Shown: positions 22,209 to 33,113, numbered from the stretch's first letter. The stretch is DNA of 64,000 nt from Hydrurus foetidus (GCA_900617105.1 UYFQ01000004.1:310001-374000); one strand, 5' to 3'. Notes: generated by a model from the sequence alone, not told the origin. Numbers and translations are program-made.

Positions 22209-23609
22209 TTATGGGCGGGGTGGTGGCGGCGGCTGCAGTGGTGGTGGCGCAGGAGGTGCAGGCGGTACAGGTGCGGACACCCCAAACCCATCGCTCAAGG
22301 TTCGCAAAAAGGCTACCACATCCCCCACCTCGGCCTCGGTCAGCGCGGGACCATCAGCACGGCTGCGGTTGAACGGTGCTTTGGTGCGTTCGATATTGTC
22401 CTGGTACACCGCAGGCAGGTCGTTCGGTACGCCGCTGGGGCCATACCAGCGCTCAGGGTTGCTGTTGCGGGTGGCGTAAAAGCGCACCACCTCGCGCAAA
22501 TCCTTGAAAAACCCGTTGTGCATGAACGCCGGACGCTCAGCCACGTTGCGCAGCGTGGGCATGCGCACTTTGCCGCAAAACTCGTCAATGCTGATGGTGC
22601 TGGTGGCCGTCAACGTGACGGGCAAGGTGGGCTTGCTGCGCGTCGGGCCACACAACCCCAGGTCGTAGAACTTGGGGTCGGCATTGGCCGGGATGGCGGT
22701 GTTGCGAGGGATGCCGGTGGCGTAGTAGGTGTATTCCGAAAACAGCGAATCCTGCGGATTGCGGCTGCCGGGGTTCATCAAATGGCAACCTGCGCAATTG
22801 GCACGCTTGGCATCCTGAAAGAGCGCCATGCCGCGTGCCTCCGCAGGGGCGAGCGTGGTCTGGCCGCGCAGCACGGCATCGTATTTGGAACTGAAACTTT
22901 GCAGCGGATCAGCGCGCTCAAAGGCTTCGATCGCCACGCCTACCTGGGTGAATGCGGCAGTGATGGCCGCATCGCTCGTGCCGATATTGGCAAAAATATT
23001 GACCCCAAACTCCTGGCGAAACAGCGGGGCGTAGCTGGCCACGGCGATTTTGGCCATCACGGCTTTGGCGCTGGCGTTGTTCATCTCATCCACGTTGAGA
23101 AAGGGTTGCAGCGCCTGCAAGGCCAGCGTATCCGACCGGCCATCCCAGAAGTGCCCGCCCACGGCTTCGGTCACGCCGTCTTCGACACGAAAGGCGAAGC
23201 TGGGAACAAAACCGGCGTACGCGTTGGTCATGGCATTGCGCAACCCCAGAACACCGCGACTGCCCAACGGCACACCGACCTGCGAGCGGTTGTTCCCCGC
23301 AAACCCCATGTTGGGCCGGTGGCAAGACGCACAGGCCGTGCCTCGGGGCTCAGACAGGTTGGCGTCATTGAAAATCAGCTGACCCAGCCGCTGACGCGGG
23401 GTAAGGCCCACAGGGTTCAGCCGGGCAAGGTCTTCAGCGGAAGTATCGACAACCGCGACGGAAGTCGTGACCCCCGTGACAACGACGGCATCGCCGGTGG
23501 CTGGGGCCACACCGGCATCACTGCTGCCGCCACCGCCACAAGCCGTCAGCAGCAACGCCGACAACCACACCGCATGGCAAAAAGGCATCAAAGGGATCAA
23601 CGCTTTCAT
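22209..23609 (-). CDS. Di-heme cytochrome c peroxidase/MauG-superfamily lipoprotein
   Basis: Lipobox LLTAC, CASCH and CAGCH heme motifs, FWDGR, PTLRNV, FMHNG...VVRFY; AGGAG RBS. Confidence 0.9.
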   Translation of the reverse strand: MKALIPLMPFCHAVWLSALLLTACGGGGSSDAGVAPATGDAVVVTGVTTSVAVVDTSAEDLARLNPVGLTPRQRLGQLIFNDANLSEPRGTACASCHRPNMGFAGNNRSQVGVPLGSRGVLGLRNAMTNAYAGFVPSFAFRVEDGVTEAVGGHFWDGRSDTLALQALQPFLNVDEMNNASAKAVMAKIAVASYAPLFRQEFGVNIFANIGTSDAAITAAFTQVGVAIEAFERADPLQSFSSKYDAVLRGQTTLAPAEARGMALFQDAKRANCAGCHLMNPGSRNPQDSLFSEYTYYATGIPRNTAIPANADPKFYDLGLCGPTRSKPTLPVTLTATSTISIDEFCGKVRMPTLRNVAERPAFMHNGFFKDLREVVRFYATRNSNPERWYGPSGVPNDLPAVYQDNIERTKAPFNRSRADGPALTEAEVGDVVAFLRTLSDGFGVSAPVPPAPPAPPPLQPPPPPRP

Positions 23610-23654
23610 GGCAACTCCTGAATGAAAAGGATGTTGCCTACTGTGGCGTACAAA

Positions 23655-23671
23655 TGTGGAGAGAGTGTGGA
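23655..23671. promoter_or_regulatory. Tandem TCCACA-N5-TCCACA (minus strand), OmpR-family-type box
   Basis: TGTGGA at 23655-23660 and 23666-23671 (11-bp period), about 45 bp upstream of the di-heme gene. Confidence 0.45.
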
Positions 23672-23714
23672 CGGGGCGCATGCCCCTTCTATCGAATCAA
23701 ATAAATCACCCGAT

Positions 23715-24650
23715 TCAGCCGAACGACTTGGCTTGTGCCAGTGCCCCTAACCGCGCGGTGATGGCGAAGAACTCGGCCACCGTGTCGTCGATGATTTGCT
23801 GCGCCGATTTCACCGAATCAATCAAGCCCACTGTCTGCCCGGCCAGCGCAGGCGCGGCTTCCATGTCGCCACCAAAGTACACGCCCAAAATGCCTTGAAG
23901 GGCGTCCATAGACATCTGACCTTCGTCGTAAATCGCCTGCGTGCGCTCTGACTTGAGGGCGCGAATGCAGGGCGAGGCTTTTTTGTTCAGCACGAAAGTG
24001 CTGGTTTCTTTGGCGTCCACGATGGCCTGCTTGTAGTTGGCGTGAACGGGGCTTTCCAGGCAGCTGACAAAGCGCGTGCCCATTTGAATCGCCTCAGCCC
24101 CCAGCGCAAACGCGGCCGCCATGCCACGCCCGTCGCAAATACCACCCGCCGCGATCATCGGCACGTCAGTGCGGGCGCGAATCGCTTGCAGCAGCACCAG
24201 CGTGGAGACTTCTTCGGGGTTCTTGAAACCACCGCCTTCAGCGCCCTCCACCACCAACCCGTCAATGCCCGCATCCACGCATTTCATGGCCGCGTCCACC
24301 GTAGGCACAGCGTGGTAGACCACGATGCCAGCATCATGCAGCGGCTGTATAAATTTAGCCGGGCTGCCTGCCGAGGTGGTGACGAACTTCACACCGGACG
24401 CGCAAACGAACTTCAGCATGGCATCGTCTTTGAGGAAGCGAATCGGCAAGTTCACCCCAAACGGCAGGCCCAGCGCACTCATCTGGGTGATCTCACGCTG
24501 GCAGTTTTCCGTTTCCCCCGACGAGGTTTCGATGATGCCCAGGCCGCCCGCACGGGACACAGCCGAGGCCAGCGCCGTGCGCGCAATCCAGCCCATAGGG
24601 GCTTGAACGATAGGGTATTTGGCGCCAGTGTGGGCGAGAACGCGGTTCAT
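23715..24650 (-). CDS. Nitronate monooxygenase / FabK-like FMN oxidoreductase
   Basis: PIVQAPMG, EGAEGGG, IAAGGICDGRG, QMGTRF, AGQTVG. Confidence 0.88.
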   Translation of the reverse strand: MNRVLAHTGAKYPIVQAPMGWIARTALASAVSRAGGLGIIETSSGETENCQREITQMSALGLPFGVNLPIRFLKDDAMLKFVCASGVKFVTTSAGSPAKFIQPLHDAGIVVYHAVPTVDAAMKCVDAGIDGLVVEGAEGGGFKNPEEVSTLVLLQAIRARTDVPMIAAGGICDGRGMAAAFALGAEAIQMGTRFVSCLESPVHANYKQAIVDAKETSTFVLNKKASPCIRALKSERTQAIYDEGQMSMDALQGILGVYFGGDMEAAPALAGQTVGLIDSVKSAQQIIDDTVAEFFAITARLGALAQAKSFG

Positions 24651-24755
24651 GGGTTTCCAATGCAGCAAAAGGATGAGGTAGGGTAAGGGCTGCGATTATG
24701 TGGAGAGGGGGCGCTGCGGTGCTGTCGCAGGCGTTACCGGGCAAGCAAAGGAAAA

Positions 24756-25262
24756 TCAGCGGGCAACAATGGCCCAGCGTTCGTGATCGCACCACTTCCC
24801 CGCGATCTTGAGGTAGCGCGGCGAATACCCCTCTTTGGCAAAGCCACAAGCCGCCACCAACGCCAGCGAAGCCGCATTGCCCGGCTGGATGTTCGCTTCC
24901 AACCGGTGCAGCTTCATGACCTTGAACGCATGCCGAACCAGCGCCTTCAACCCCGCACGCATCAAGCCCTGCCGCTCGCTGCCCGCAAAGGCGTAGTAGC
25001 CCAGGTAGCCACTGCAAAAAGCCCCGCGAATCACATTGGTCAGGTTGATGACGCCGATGATTTTTTCAATGGGTTGCCGCTGGCAAACCAAGTACGCAAA
25101 ATTCCCCGTCTGCCCCATGCGCTCCAGGTAAGCGGCAAACTGCTCTGGCGTGGTAGGCGCACGCACCCAAGCGCCATGCAGTTGGCAACTGGCTTTGGCC
25201 AGGGCGAGGAAAGAAATCTCATCGGCGGGTATTGGGGGGCGAAGATAGGTGGAATGCATCAT
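24756..25262 (-). CDS. GNAT N-acetyltransferase (RimJ/RimL-like)
   Basis: GYLGYY, RQGLM, LHRLEANIQPGNAAS, EGYSPRYLKI.GKW.DH. Confidence 0.9.
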   Translation of the reverse strand: MMHSTYLRPPIPADEISFLALAKASCQLHGAWVRAPTTPEQFAAYLERMGQTGNFAYLVCQRQPIEKIIGVINLTNVIRGAFCSGYLGYYAFAGSERQGLMRAGLKALVRHAFKVMKLHRLEANIQPGNAASLALVAACGFAKEGYSPRYLKIAGKWCDHERWAIVAR

Positions 25263-25286
25263 TTCCCAACTTTGCCAGAAAACGAC

Positions 25287-26903
25287 TCAAGGCCGGCCCA
25301 GCAAAGCCACAGGTCTCATGGACGCAGGCGGAGCGATCAAAGCAGAGTTCGGGGCGCGTGCACCGGGCGCACCGGTCAATTTAAACGTGGAAACCAAAGC
25401 AGATAAGCGCTGCGCCTGCTCACGCAGGCTCTCTGCCGCCGCAGCGGACTGCTCGACGAGCGCCGCGTTTTGTTGCGTCATCTGGTCAAGCTCAATCACT
25501 GCCGTGTTCACCTGTGAAATGCCATTGCTTTGCACCGATGAAGCGTCAGCTATCTCGCCCATGATGTGAGACACACGCTGCACGGAACTCACAATGTCGG
25601 TCATTGTTTTGCCAGCCTCAACAACCAGCCTGGAGCCAGATTCCACCTTCTCCACCGAGACACCAATCAGGCTTTTGATTTCTTTGGCCGCCTGCGCAGA
25701 CCGCCCGGCCAAACTGCGCACCTCGCTCGCCACCACAGCAAAGCCTCGCCCTTGTTCGCCAGCCCGGGCCGCCTCGACAGCGGCATTCAGCGCCAGAATA
25801 TTAGTCTGAAACGCAATGCCATCAATGACACTGATGATGTCGGAAATTTTGCGGGCACTGGTATTGATCTCTTCCATGGTGGAAACTACCTGGGCCACCA
25901 CAGTTCCGCCACGCGCTGCCACCTGGGAAGCCGATGCCGCGAGCTGATTGGCCTGAAGCACCGCATCAGCCGCTTGGCGTACCGTACCCGTCAGCTGATC
26001 GGTGGACGCGGCCGCACCCTGCAAATTAGAGGCCGTCTGCTCGGTTCGGTTGGCCAAATCCTGGTTGCCCGTCGCGATCTCAGAACTGGCAAGACGAATG
26101 GATTCGGAAGAGTCGCGCACCGTCGATATGGTTTGGTTCAGCTGTGCCGTCATGCTCCCCAGCGCACGCATAAGATCGCCGACTTCGTCCTGGCGGTCAC
26201 TGGACGCATCAAGATCCAAATGACCATGGGCCACCTGGTTGGCCACATCGGCAGCACGCGCGAGTTCGGCTACTACTTTGCGAAGCATGAGCCAAGACAA
26301 ACCCACAGCGGCGCAAGCAGCCAGCAGGCTGACGGCGGCGAGCACCGCATTCGTGGTGCTCGAGCGCTGCTTGGAAGCCTCAATGGAGGCATCTGACACC
26401 GACTCTACCCGGGTCACGATGGTGTCCATGGTTTGAGCCGCTGTGGTGAACGTCGTATCGGCAACCCTCATAGAGGCGATACCGGTAGCGGGGTCCCCTG
26501 CCGCAATTTCGATGGAAGCGTCTGCCTGGGTTGCATACTTGTCGATGTGCTGGTTCAAATCAGCCACGGCGGTGCGCAATGCCGTGCTGCCATCAGCCGA
26601 AACAATCGCCCCCACCACCCTCTTGATCCCCTGCAGCTGCCGGGCCTGGTCATCCCGTACCGACTTGATCTGGGGTTCATCCATCGAACCAATGACGGAA
26701 ATGGTGCGGTACACGCGGGTATGAACTTGGGCCAGCTGCTGCTGCGCAGCACTGACCGTTTTGAAATCTTCCAGACTGGCCTTGGAGCTTTCCAGCGCTT
26801 TGTGCGACTCCTGGCCCATCAGCATTGCATTGATCTGACCAAAAACCAGCAGCACAAGCGCAGTTAAAAGCGGTGCGGCGAGCAATTTCATTCCCAACTT
26901 CAT
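25287..26903 (-). CDS. Methyl-accepting chemotaxis protein
   Basis: Two TMs, [45 protein letters not shown] before ATG 26903. Confidence 0.96.
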   Translation of the reverse strand: MKLGMKLLAAPLLTALVLLVFGQINAMLMGQESHKALESSKASLEDFKTVSAAQQQLAQVHTRVYRTISVIGSMDEPQIKSVRDDQARQLQGIKRVVGAIVSADGSTALRTAVADLNQHIDKYATQADASIEIAAGDPATGIASMRVADTTFTTAAQTMDTIVTRVESVSDASIEASKQRSSTTNAVLAAVSLLAACAAVGLSWLMLRKVVAELARAADVANQVAHGHLDLDASSDRQDEVGDLMRALGSMTAQLNQTISTVRDSSESIRLASSEIATGNQDLANRTEQTASNLQGAAASTDQLTGTVRQAADAVLQANQLAASASQVAARGGTVVAQVVSTMEEINTSARKISDIISVIDGIAFQTNILALNAAVEAARAGEQGRGFAVVASEVRSLAGRSAQAAKEIKSLIGVSVEKVESGSRLVVEAGKTMTDIVSSVQRVSHIMGEIADASSVQSNGISQVNTAVIELDQMTQQNAALVEQSAAAAESLREQAQRLSALVSTFKLTGAPGARAPNSALIAPPASMRPVALLGRP

Positions 26904-27150
26904 CGTAACGTCTCCAGTGTGTGACCCGTGGCGCGGTGTAAACACGCCACCAAATACCTGTATTGATTGGTTTAGGCTCGCATAATATCCATCTTAGAGC
27001 GGAGGCGAGTACCGAAGAAATTCAACCTTGATGGCTGTACACCATTGCAGGGGCAAGAATGCATAGAGTTGCAGCAAGCACATACTCCCGCCCAGCGCAT
27101 TGACTAAAAATGCGTGATTCAGATGAAGCTGGAGGGCAAATTCAGCGCGG

Positions 27151-28587
27151 CTAAATTGGCATCTGCGGTAGCGATGGTGGCCACACAACAAGCGCATCCA
27201 GCCCCACCACCGCCACGCAAATTCCATCACGGTCGCTCTCAGTGCGGTTATTCAGCATGATGCTCGCGTTCATTGCTTTCGCAATGTCCAGACAGATAGT
27301 CAAACCCAGTCCAGCACCGGCAACGCCCTTCACGGCAGCGAAGGGTTGGAACAGCCAAGCGCGCATATCGTCGTCAATGCCGGGGCCGCTGTCCCACACC
27401 ACCATGTGCGTGGCTCCGGCTTCGTGGCTGAGGCGTATGCCCAACGCGCCGCCCACTGGGGTGTGGCGGATGGCGTTGGCGAGCAGGTTGCGGATCATTT
27501 CGCCCACCATCCACGGGTGGCCTTGAACGGGGAAGCTGGCGCTCGCGTCCAGCGAAAAGGCCAAGCGCTTGGCACCGATCAGGGGCGACATGGCCAGCAC
27601 CGCGTCGCGTGCCACATCGTTCAGGCACAGCGCCTCCGGGGGCATGGACGCATGCAGGCTTTCCAGCCGTGCGAGATTGAGCAACTGGTTGGCCAAATGG
27701 GTGCTGCGGTCTACGGTGCGCAACATCTCAGGAATCACCAAAGAGGCCGGGGCATCCCCACAGACGACCGATTGCAGCTGGGTTTTGAGCACGGTCAGGG
27801 GCGTACGCAGTTGGTGTGAGGCATCGGCCACAAAGCGGCGCTGACGATCGTTCAACTCGTGCTGGCGGGCGATGAGCTGGTTCAGCGCATCAATCACCGG
27901 TTGCAACTCTTCAGGGCCACGGCTGCGCAGGCTGCTGCTGTCTTGTGCGCTGCGATTTTTGATTTCTTGGCTCAGCGTGTTCAAAGGGCGTAACGCCCGG
28001 TGGGCTACCAACCAGATCACACCCGCAATCACCAGCATCAAGAGCAGCTGGCGTGCCAGCATGGCCCACAACAAGGCGGAGGCGGTGGCCTGCCGCGCTT
28101 CCAGGGTTTCGCCCACCAAAATCAAGACAACGCCCTGGCCTTGCGACATTTCTACGGCTTGGTGCAGGGCAAACACCTGCACCCGCTCGGTGCCGATTTG
28201 GGCCACGTAGCTGAAGCTCAAGCCCGGCGTGCGTGTGGCGTGCTCTTGCGGGGGCAGAGGCAAATCGGCATCGCCTGCGATTTGTTGGCCATCAAAACCC
28301 ATCACCCGCCAATACATGCGGCTCCCGCCCGAGACCTCCAGCGCTTCGATCAAGGCCAGTGGGACGTGGATGGTCAGACTGTTGCGTTCTACACGCAGCA
28401 AGTCACCCATTTGCTGGGCGGTGGCCATGAGCAGCCGGTCATGCGCAACGGCGGTGGTTTGCCGCGTGCTTTGGTAGAGACTGACGGTGTCCATCGCCAT
28501 GAACACGGCAATCGGCACCAGCATGCCGGTAAGTAAAAAATTACGCAGCCGCCCTTGGTGCGCGGAGATGTTGAGCCAGTTGGTCAT
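27151..28587 (-). CDS. Sensor histidine kinase (TctE-like, 2CSK_N periplasmic domain)
   Basis: AHDRLL, VGET.EAR, H-box DASHQLRTPL (TctE-type HQ), NAIRHTP, GAGLGL. Confidence 0.88.
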   Translation of the reverse strand: MTNWLNISAHQGRLRNFLLTGMLVPIAVFMAMDTVSLYQSTRQTTAVAHDRLLMATAQQMGDLLRVERNSLTIHVPLALIEALEVSGGSRMYWRVMGFDGQQIAGDADLPLPPQEHATRTPGLSFSYVAQIGTERVQVFALHQAVEMSQGQGVVLILVGETLEARQATASALLWAMLARQLLLMLVIAGVIWLVAHRALRPLNTLSQEIKNRSAQDSSSLRSRGPEELQPVIDALNQLIARQHELNDRQRRFVADASHQLRTPLTVLKTQLQSVVCGDAPASLVIPEMLRTVDRSTHLANQLLNLARLESLHASMPPEALCLNDVARDAVLAMSPLIGAKRLAFSLDASASFPVQGHPWMVGEMIRNLLANAIRHTPVGGALGIRLSHEAGATHMVVWDSGPGIDDDMRAWLFQPFAAVKGVAGAGLGLTICLDIAKAMNASIMLNNRTESDRDGICVAVVGLDALVVWPPSLPQMPI

Positions 28588-28609
28588 GCTTGCCTGTCTT
28601 ACCCCAATA

Positions 28610-29284
28610 TCACGTCAACACAGCAGGCAAGTCGCACAGCATGTAGCCCACGCCGCGCAGCGTCATCACTTCTGCGCCGCTGCCGGCTATTTTGCGGCGC
28701 AAGCGGTGTACCACCACCTCGATCGCGTCCGCCTGCACGTCTTCACCGTCATGGAACACCAGCGCCAAGAGCCGCTCTTTGGCCACCGCGTGCCCTGGTT
28801 GGGCGAACAAAGCCTTAAGCAAAGCACTTTCGCGGGGAGATAAGTCCAGCGGCTTGGCATCCCGGTAACAGGTGCCACTCTGGCGCTCAAAGCGCAGCGT
28901 GCCGCAGCAAATTTCCTTGTCACCCCCGTAGCGGCGGATGATGGCGCGCAGGCGAGCTTCCAGCTCGTCCAGGTCAAACGGTTTGGCCAGGTAATCATCA
29001 GCCCCGGCGTTGAGGCCCATGATGCGGTCGCCTACCGCGCCGCGCGCCGTCAAAATCATCACGGGCGTGGCATTGTCGGCATCGCGCAGGCGTTGCAAAA
29101 CGCGCAGGCCGTCGATACCGGGGATGGACAAGTCCAACAAAATAGCGGCGAAGTTGTGGTGCCGGGTCAGGTTCAGGGCTTCAATGCCGTCCCCGCAACA
29201 CACCACGTCAAAACCACGGCGTACCAGCACGCGCACCAGCGCACCGCTCAAATCAAAGTCGTCTTCAACCAGCAAAATTTTCAT
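28610..29284 (-). CDS. OmpR-family response regulator (TctD-like)
   Basis: MKILLVEDD, GADDYLAKPFDLDELEAR, IEVVVHRLRRK, TLRGVGY. Confidence 0.9.
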   Translation of the reverse strand: MKILLVEDDFDLSGALVRVLVRRGFDVVCCGDGIEALNLTRHHNFAAILLDLSIPGIDGLRVLQRLRDADNATPVMILTARGAVGDRIMGLNAGADDYLAKPFDLDELEARLRAIIRRYGGDKEICCGTLRFERQSGTCYRDAKPLDLSPRESALLKALFAQPGHAVAKERLLALVFHDGEDVQADAIEVVVHRLRRKIAGSGAEVMTLRGVGYMLCDLPAVLT

Positions 29285-29345
29285 AGGGGCTGAGGATGCC
29301 GCATTTTTAGCCCCGCGCACCCCTGGGAAAAGCACTAGGCCCACT

Positions 29346-29384
29346 GCAAGCCATTTGAAAGCTTGCGGAAAGCAGGCTGAAAGC
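29346..29384. promoter_or_regulatory. Phased GAAAGC direct repeats (response-regulator boxes)
   Basis: GCAAGC 29346, GAAAGC 29357, 29368 and 29379, an exact 11-bp period, in the divergent tctD-like/phnD spacer. Confidence 0.65.
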
Positions 29385-29500
29385 TAACGCTGGACGGGAG
29401 CCGCAGCTGGCCGTAAATTAAACCGTTCCCCGACACGGGTATCGACACCAAGCTCGAACCCGGATTCACCCGGACTCATAACTCAAATGGAGACGCTTAC

Positions 29501-30502
29501 ATGCCCCTCAAAAACTCGTTCGCCAAGCACTCACTCGCCGCCGTACTGGCCCTGATTCCCCTCTGGGCCTTTGCCCAAGACACCTGCCCCAACCGTGGCG
29601 ACCTGGACAACACCTACTGCGACGCGAACAAAGACTTGGTGGCCGATTTGCCCGTAGACCCCACCAAATACAAGACCCCCAACACCCTGGTGTTCACTTA
29701 CACCCCGGTAGAAGACCCTGCGGTCTACGAAAAAGTGTTCAAACCTTTCACCGACCACTTGGCCCAATGCACGGCCAAGCGGGTGGTGTTCTTCCAGGTG
29801 CAGTCCAACGCGGCAGAAATTGAAGCCATGCGGGCTGGGCGGCTGCATGTGGCAGGGTTTTCCACCGGGCCTACCGCGTTTGCCGTGAACATTGCAGGGG
29901 CCGTGCCGTTCGCCATCAAAGGCTACGCCGACCATTACCAGGGCTACAACCTGGTGGTGGTGGTGAAAAAGGAAAGCACTTTCCAAAAACTTGCAGACCT
30001 CAAAGGCAAAAAATTGGCGCACACCTCGCCGTCGTCTAACTCGGGTCACATGGCCCCGGTGGCGCTGTTCCCCAAAGAGGGCTTGGTGCCTGACAAAGAC
30101 TACAAGGTGGTGTTCTCAGGCAAGCATGACCAATCGGTGCTGGGCGTGCGCTCTGGCGACTACGACGCCGCAGCGGTGGCCTCTGACGTGTTCGAGCGGA
30201 TGGTGCACCGGGGTGAAGTGCGCGAAGACGAGTTCCGCGTGATCTACCGCAGTGCCAAGTTCCCCACGTCATCGTTCGCGTATGCCCATGACCTGGAACC
30301 CACATTCCGCGACAAGATGCTCAAGTGCTTTTACGACTACCGCTTCACCGCCGAGATGCAAAAAGCGTTTGACGGGGCGGACCGTTTCTACCCTGTGACC
30401 TATAAAAAAGACTACGCCATCGTGCGTGAAGTGGCCGAAGCCGCCGGTGAAAAGTTCAACCGCACCGCCTATGAGCGCGAGATGGCCAAGGCCAAGAAGT
30501 AA
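29501..30502 (+). CDS. phnD: Phosphate/phosphite/phosphonate ABC substrate-binding protein (PhnD family)
   Basis: Signal peptide, TPVED, SSNSG, GKHDQS, DAAAVASD, FPT; GGAG RBS. Confidence 0.82.
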   Translation: MPLKNSFAKHSLAAVLALIPLWAFAQDTCPNRGDLDNTYCDANKDLVADLPVDPTKYKTPNTLVFTYTPVEDPAVYEKVFKPFTDHLAQCTAKRVVFFQVQSNAAEIEAMRAGRLHVAGFSTGPTAFAVNIAGAVPFAIKGYADHYQGYNLVVVVKKESTFQKLADLKGKKLAHTSPSSNSGHMAPVALFPKEGLVPDKDYKVVFSGKHDQSVLGVRSGDYDAAAVASDVFERMVHRGEVREDEFRVIYRSAKFPTSSFAYAHDLEPTFRDKMLKCFYDYRFTAEMQKAFDGADRFYPVTYKKDYAIVREVAEAAGEKFNRTAYEREMAKAKK

Positions 30503-30514
30503 CAGGAATTTAGC

Positions 30515-31285
30515 ATGGCACACGCTATTGAAATTAAAGGTTTAGTCAAAGAGTACAAGCGAGGGCAGCCGGTGTTGAAAAACATCAATCTGCGCATTGA
30601 AGGCTCAGGTGTCACCGCCATCATTGGCCCTTCAGGCACAGGCAAATCTACGCTGCTGCGCTGCATCAACCGCTTGATTGACCCGACTGAGGGCTCCATC
30701 TGGCTAAACTCGGGCGGCGAACGCCTGGACATGGCGATCTTGCAAGGCAAAGCGCTGCGCACACAGCGACGACACATCGGCATGGTGTTCCAAGAATACA
30801 ACCTGGTGGAACGCCTGACCGTGATGGAAAACCTGCTGACGGGCCGTCTGGGGTATGTGGGCGCTTGGGGGGCGTGGCTGCGCAAGTTTCCGCCGCAAGA
30901 CATTCAGCGGGCGTTCGAGCTGTTAAGCACCGTGGGCCTGGGTGCCTTTGCCAACCAGCGGGCCGATGCGCTGTCAGGCGGGCAGCGCCAGCGGGTAGGC
31001 ATTGCCAGAGCGCTGATGCAGTCGCCCAAGGTGCTGCTGGCCGACGAACCCACCTCGTCGCTCGACCCGAAAACATCGGTCGAAATCATGACGCTTCTGC
31101 GCGACCAGGGCCGGGCACAGGGCATCCCCGTGGTCATCAACATCCATGACGTGAAGCTGGCACAGCGTTTTGCCGACCGGCTGGTGGGCATGTCTGGCGG
31201 CCATGTGGTGTACGACGGGGACGCTGCGGGTTTGTCGGACGACAAACTCAAACAAATCTACGGCGGCGAGAACTGGTTGTCATGA
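30515..31285 (+). CDS. phnC: Phosphonate-type ABC ATPase
   Basis: [46 protein letters not shown]. Confidence 0.88.
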   Translation: MAHAIEIKGLVKEYKRGQPVLKNINLRIEGSGVTAIIGPSGTGKSTLLRCINRLIDPTEGSIWLNSGGERLDMAILQGKALRTQRRHIGMVFQEYNLVERLTVMENLLTGRLGYVGAWGAWLRKFPPQDIQRAFELLSTVGLGAFANQRADALSGGQRQRVGIARALMQSPKVLLADEPTSSLDPKTSVEIMTLLRDQGRAQGIPVVINIHDVKLAQRFADRLVGMSGGHVVYDGDAAGLSDDKLKQIYGGENWLS

Positions 31286-32130
31286 GCCGCGCCGCTTCTC
31301 CCCTCAACCTGGGCAACTCAGACCACGCTGACAGCAACCGTGCGTTGCCCACGGCATCGGGTGCCACCCCATTTCAGGCCAGCGCCTTGTCGCGCGGCAT
31401 CAGCATCGGCGTGCTGGTCTACACGCTGTATGCACTGACGCAGCTCAACTTTTCGTGGCCGCGCTTTGTCAGCGGACTTGACCGAGGTGGCCGCTTGCTG
31501 GCCCGCATGTTGCCCCCCGATTTAACGAAAGGCGACATCCTGTGGACGGGCATGGTCGAGAGCATGCAGATGGCGGTGCTGGCATCGGTGTTGGGCATTC
31601 TCATCAGCCTGCCGCTGGGACTTTTGGGGGCACGCAACCTGATGCCGCAACCCGTGACCTGGGTGGCCCGTGGGGTGGTGGCGATTTGCCGCTCTTTGCA
31701 CCCGGTGATCGTGGCCATTTTGTTCGTCAAGGCCGTGGGCTTTGGTGCGTTGGCGGGCATCTTGGCGCTGGTTGTCGGCTCGATTGGCTTTATCGGCAAG
31801 CTGTTTGCCGAGGCGATTGAAGAAATATCGCCCAAGCAGGTAGAAGCCGTGCGGGCCACAGGGGCCTCGTTTGCCAACGTGATTTTGTTTGGCGTGCTGC
31901 CCCAGGTGCTGTCGCGGTTTGTGGGCTTTTGCACCTACCAGCTGGACTCGAATTTGCGCAATTCCACGATGGTGGGCATTGTGGGTGCGGGTGGGATAGG
32001 CGGGGCGCTGTTCTCGGCGTTCCAGCGTTTTGATTATTCTTTTGTCTTCACGATTTTGATGACGATTGTGATCATCATCGTGGTGGGCGAGTTGCTGGCC
32101 AATGGCCTGAAGAAGGTGTTCAATGTCTGA
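31282..32130 (+). CDS. phnE: Phosphonate-type ABC permease
   Basis: [34 protein letters not shown] overlap. Confidence 0.88.
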   Translation: MSRAASPLNLGNSDHADSNRALPTASGATPFQASALSRGISIGVLVYTLYALTQLNFSWPRFVSGLDRGGRLLARMLPPDLTKGDILWTGMVESMQMAVLASVLGILISLPLGLLGARNLMPQPVTWVARGVVAICRSLHPVIVAILFVKAVGFGALAGILALVVGSIGFIGKLFAEAIEEISPKQVEAVRATGASFANVILFGVLPQVLSRFVGFCTYQLDSNLRNSTMVGIVGAGGIGGALFSAFQRFDYSFVFTILMTIVIIIVVGELLANGLKKVFNV

Positions 32131-32974
32131 TGCCGTCATTCCTCGGAACACGCACCAAAACATCCCGTCCCGTGCTTTGATGCCAGCCCCACAAGTGTGG
32201 CAGCGGTTCTCTTCGTCGCAACGGCTGCTGCGCTTTGGCATCTGGTTGGTGATGGTGGCAGCCATCGTGCAGTCCTTACGGCACGTTGAGATCATTCCAG
32301 AATTCCTCTACGACGCGCACATTCAGATGGGCGACCTGCTCTCGCGCATGTGGCCGCCAGACTGGGCGCACTACCCGACGTCGGTGCATGAGGCTTTGGT
32401 AGAGACGCTGCACATCGCCTCATTGGGCACCTTAATGTCTTTGATTTTTGCCATTCCTTTGGGCCTGCTGGTGGCCCCCAACCTGACGCGCAACAAGGCC
32501 GTTAATGTGGTGGCGCGGGTGCTGCTGGTAGCCTCGCGATCGGTGAACTCGCTGGTGTGGGCGCTGCTGTTTTTAGCGGTGTTTGGGCCAGGGCCGTTGG
32601 CAGGAACGATGGCGATTTGCTTTCGCTCGATTGGCTTTGTCGGTAAGCTGCTGGGCGAGGCGATTGAGCAAACCCCACGCGGCCCTATTGAAGCACTGGA
32701 AGCCGCCGGTGCGGGCTGGTTTGCCCAAATCGGCTACGGCTACTGGCCACAGGTGAAGCCCGCTTTTTGGTCTACCGTGCTGCTGCGCTGGGACATCAAT
32801 GTGCGCGAATCTGCGGTACTAGGTTTGGTGGGCGCTGGGGGCATTGGCATGGTGCTGGACACCGCCATGAACCTGTTCCAGTGGAACCGCGTGGCGATGG
32901 TGCTGCTGGCGGTGTTTGCCATCGTCGTTGTGGCTGAGATTGTGGTGACGCAAGTACGCAAACAGGTGCTGTGA
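32123..32974 (+). CDS. phnE: Phosphonate-type ABC permease (second copy)
   Basis: GKLLGEAIE, RWDINVRESAVLGLVGAGGIG. Confidence 0.88.
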   Translation: MSDAVIPRNTHQNIPSRALMPAPQVWQRFSSSQRLLRFGIWLVMVAAIVQSLRHVEIIPEFLYDAHIQMGDLLSRMWPPDWAHYPTSVHEALVETLHIASLGTLMSLIFAIPLGLLVAPNLTRNKAVNVVARVLLVASRSVNSLVWALLFLAVFGPGPLAGTMAICFRSIGFVGKLLGEAIEQTPRGPIEALEAAGAGWFAQIGYGYWPQVKPAFWSTVLLRWDINVRESAVLGLVGAGGIGMVLDTAMNLFQWNRVAMVLLAVFAIVVVAEIVVTQVRKQVL

Positions 32975-32998
32975 CCCCGAGGAGCGCTAAGCGGGTCG

Positions 32999-33031
32999 TT
33001 TGCCATGCCGTTGTCACAAAGGCATGGCAAA
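32999..33031. promoter_or_regulatory. Inverted repeat overlapping a Pho-box-like site
   Basis: TTTGCCATGCC-N11-GGCATGGCAAA stem; it contains TTGCCAT-GCCG-TTGTCAC (33000-33017), similar to CTGTCAT-N4-CTGTCAY. Confidence 0.45.
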
Positions 33032-33113
33032 GTGAGCGGTACGAAGCAGCTCAACCATGCACGGCGCATTGATTTTGAGGTGTGTTTTTCTTCAACTACA
33101 AGGAGACTTTTCG

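Noticed and set aside
29501..32974. Complete phosphonate or phosphite utilisation pathway
   Set aside because: Only the transporter is present; no phnG-M, phnX, phnA or ptxD in the window.
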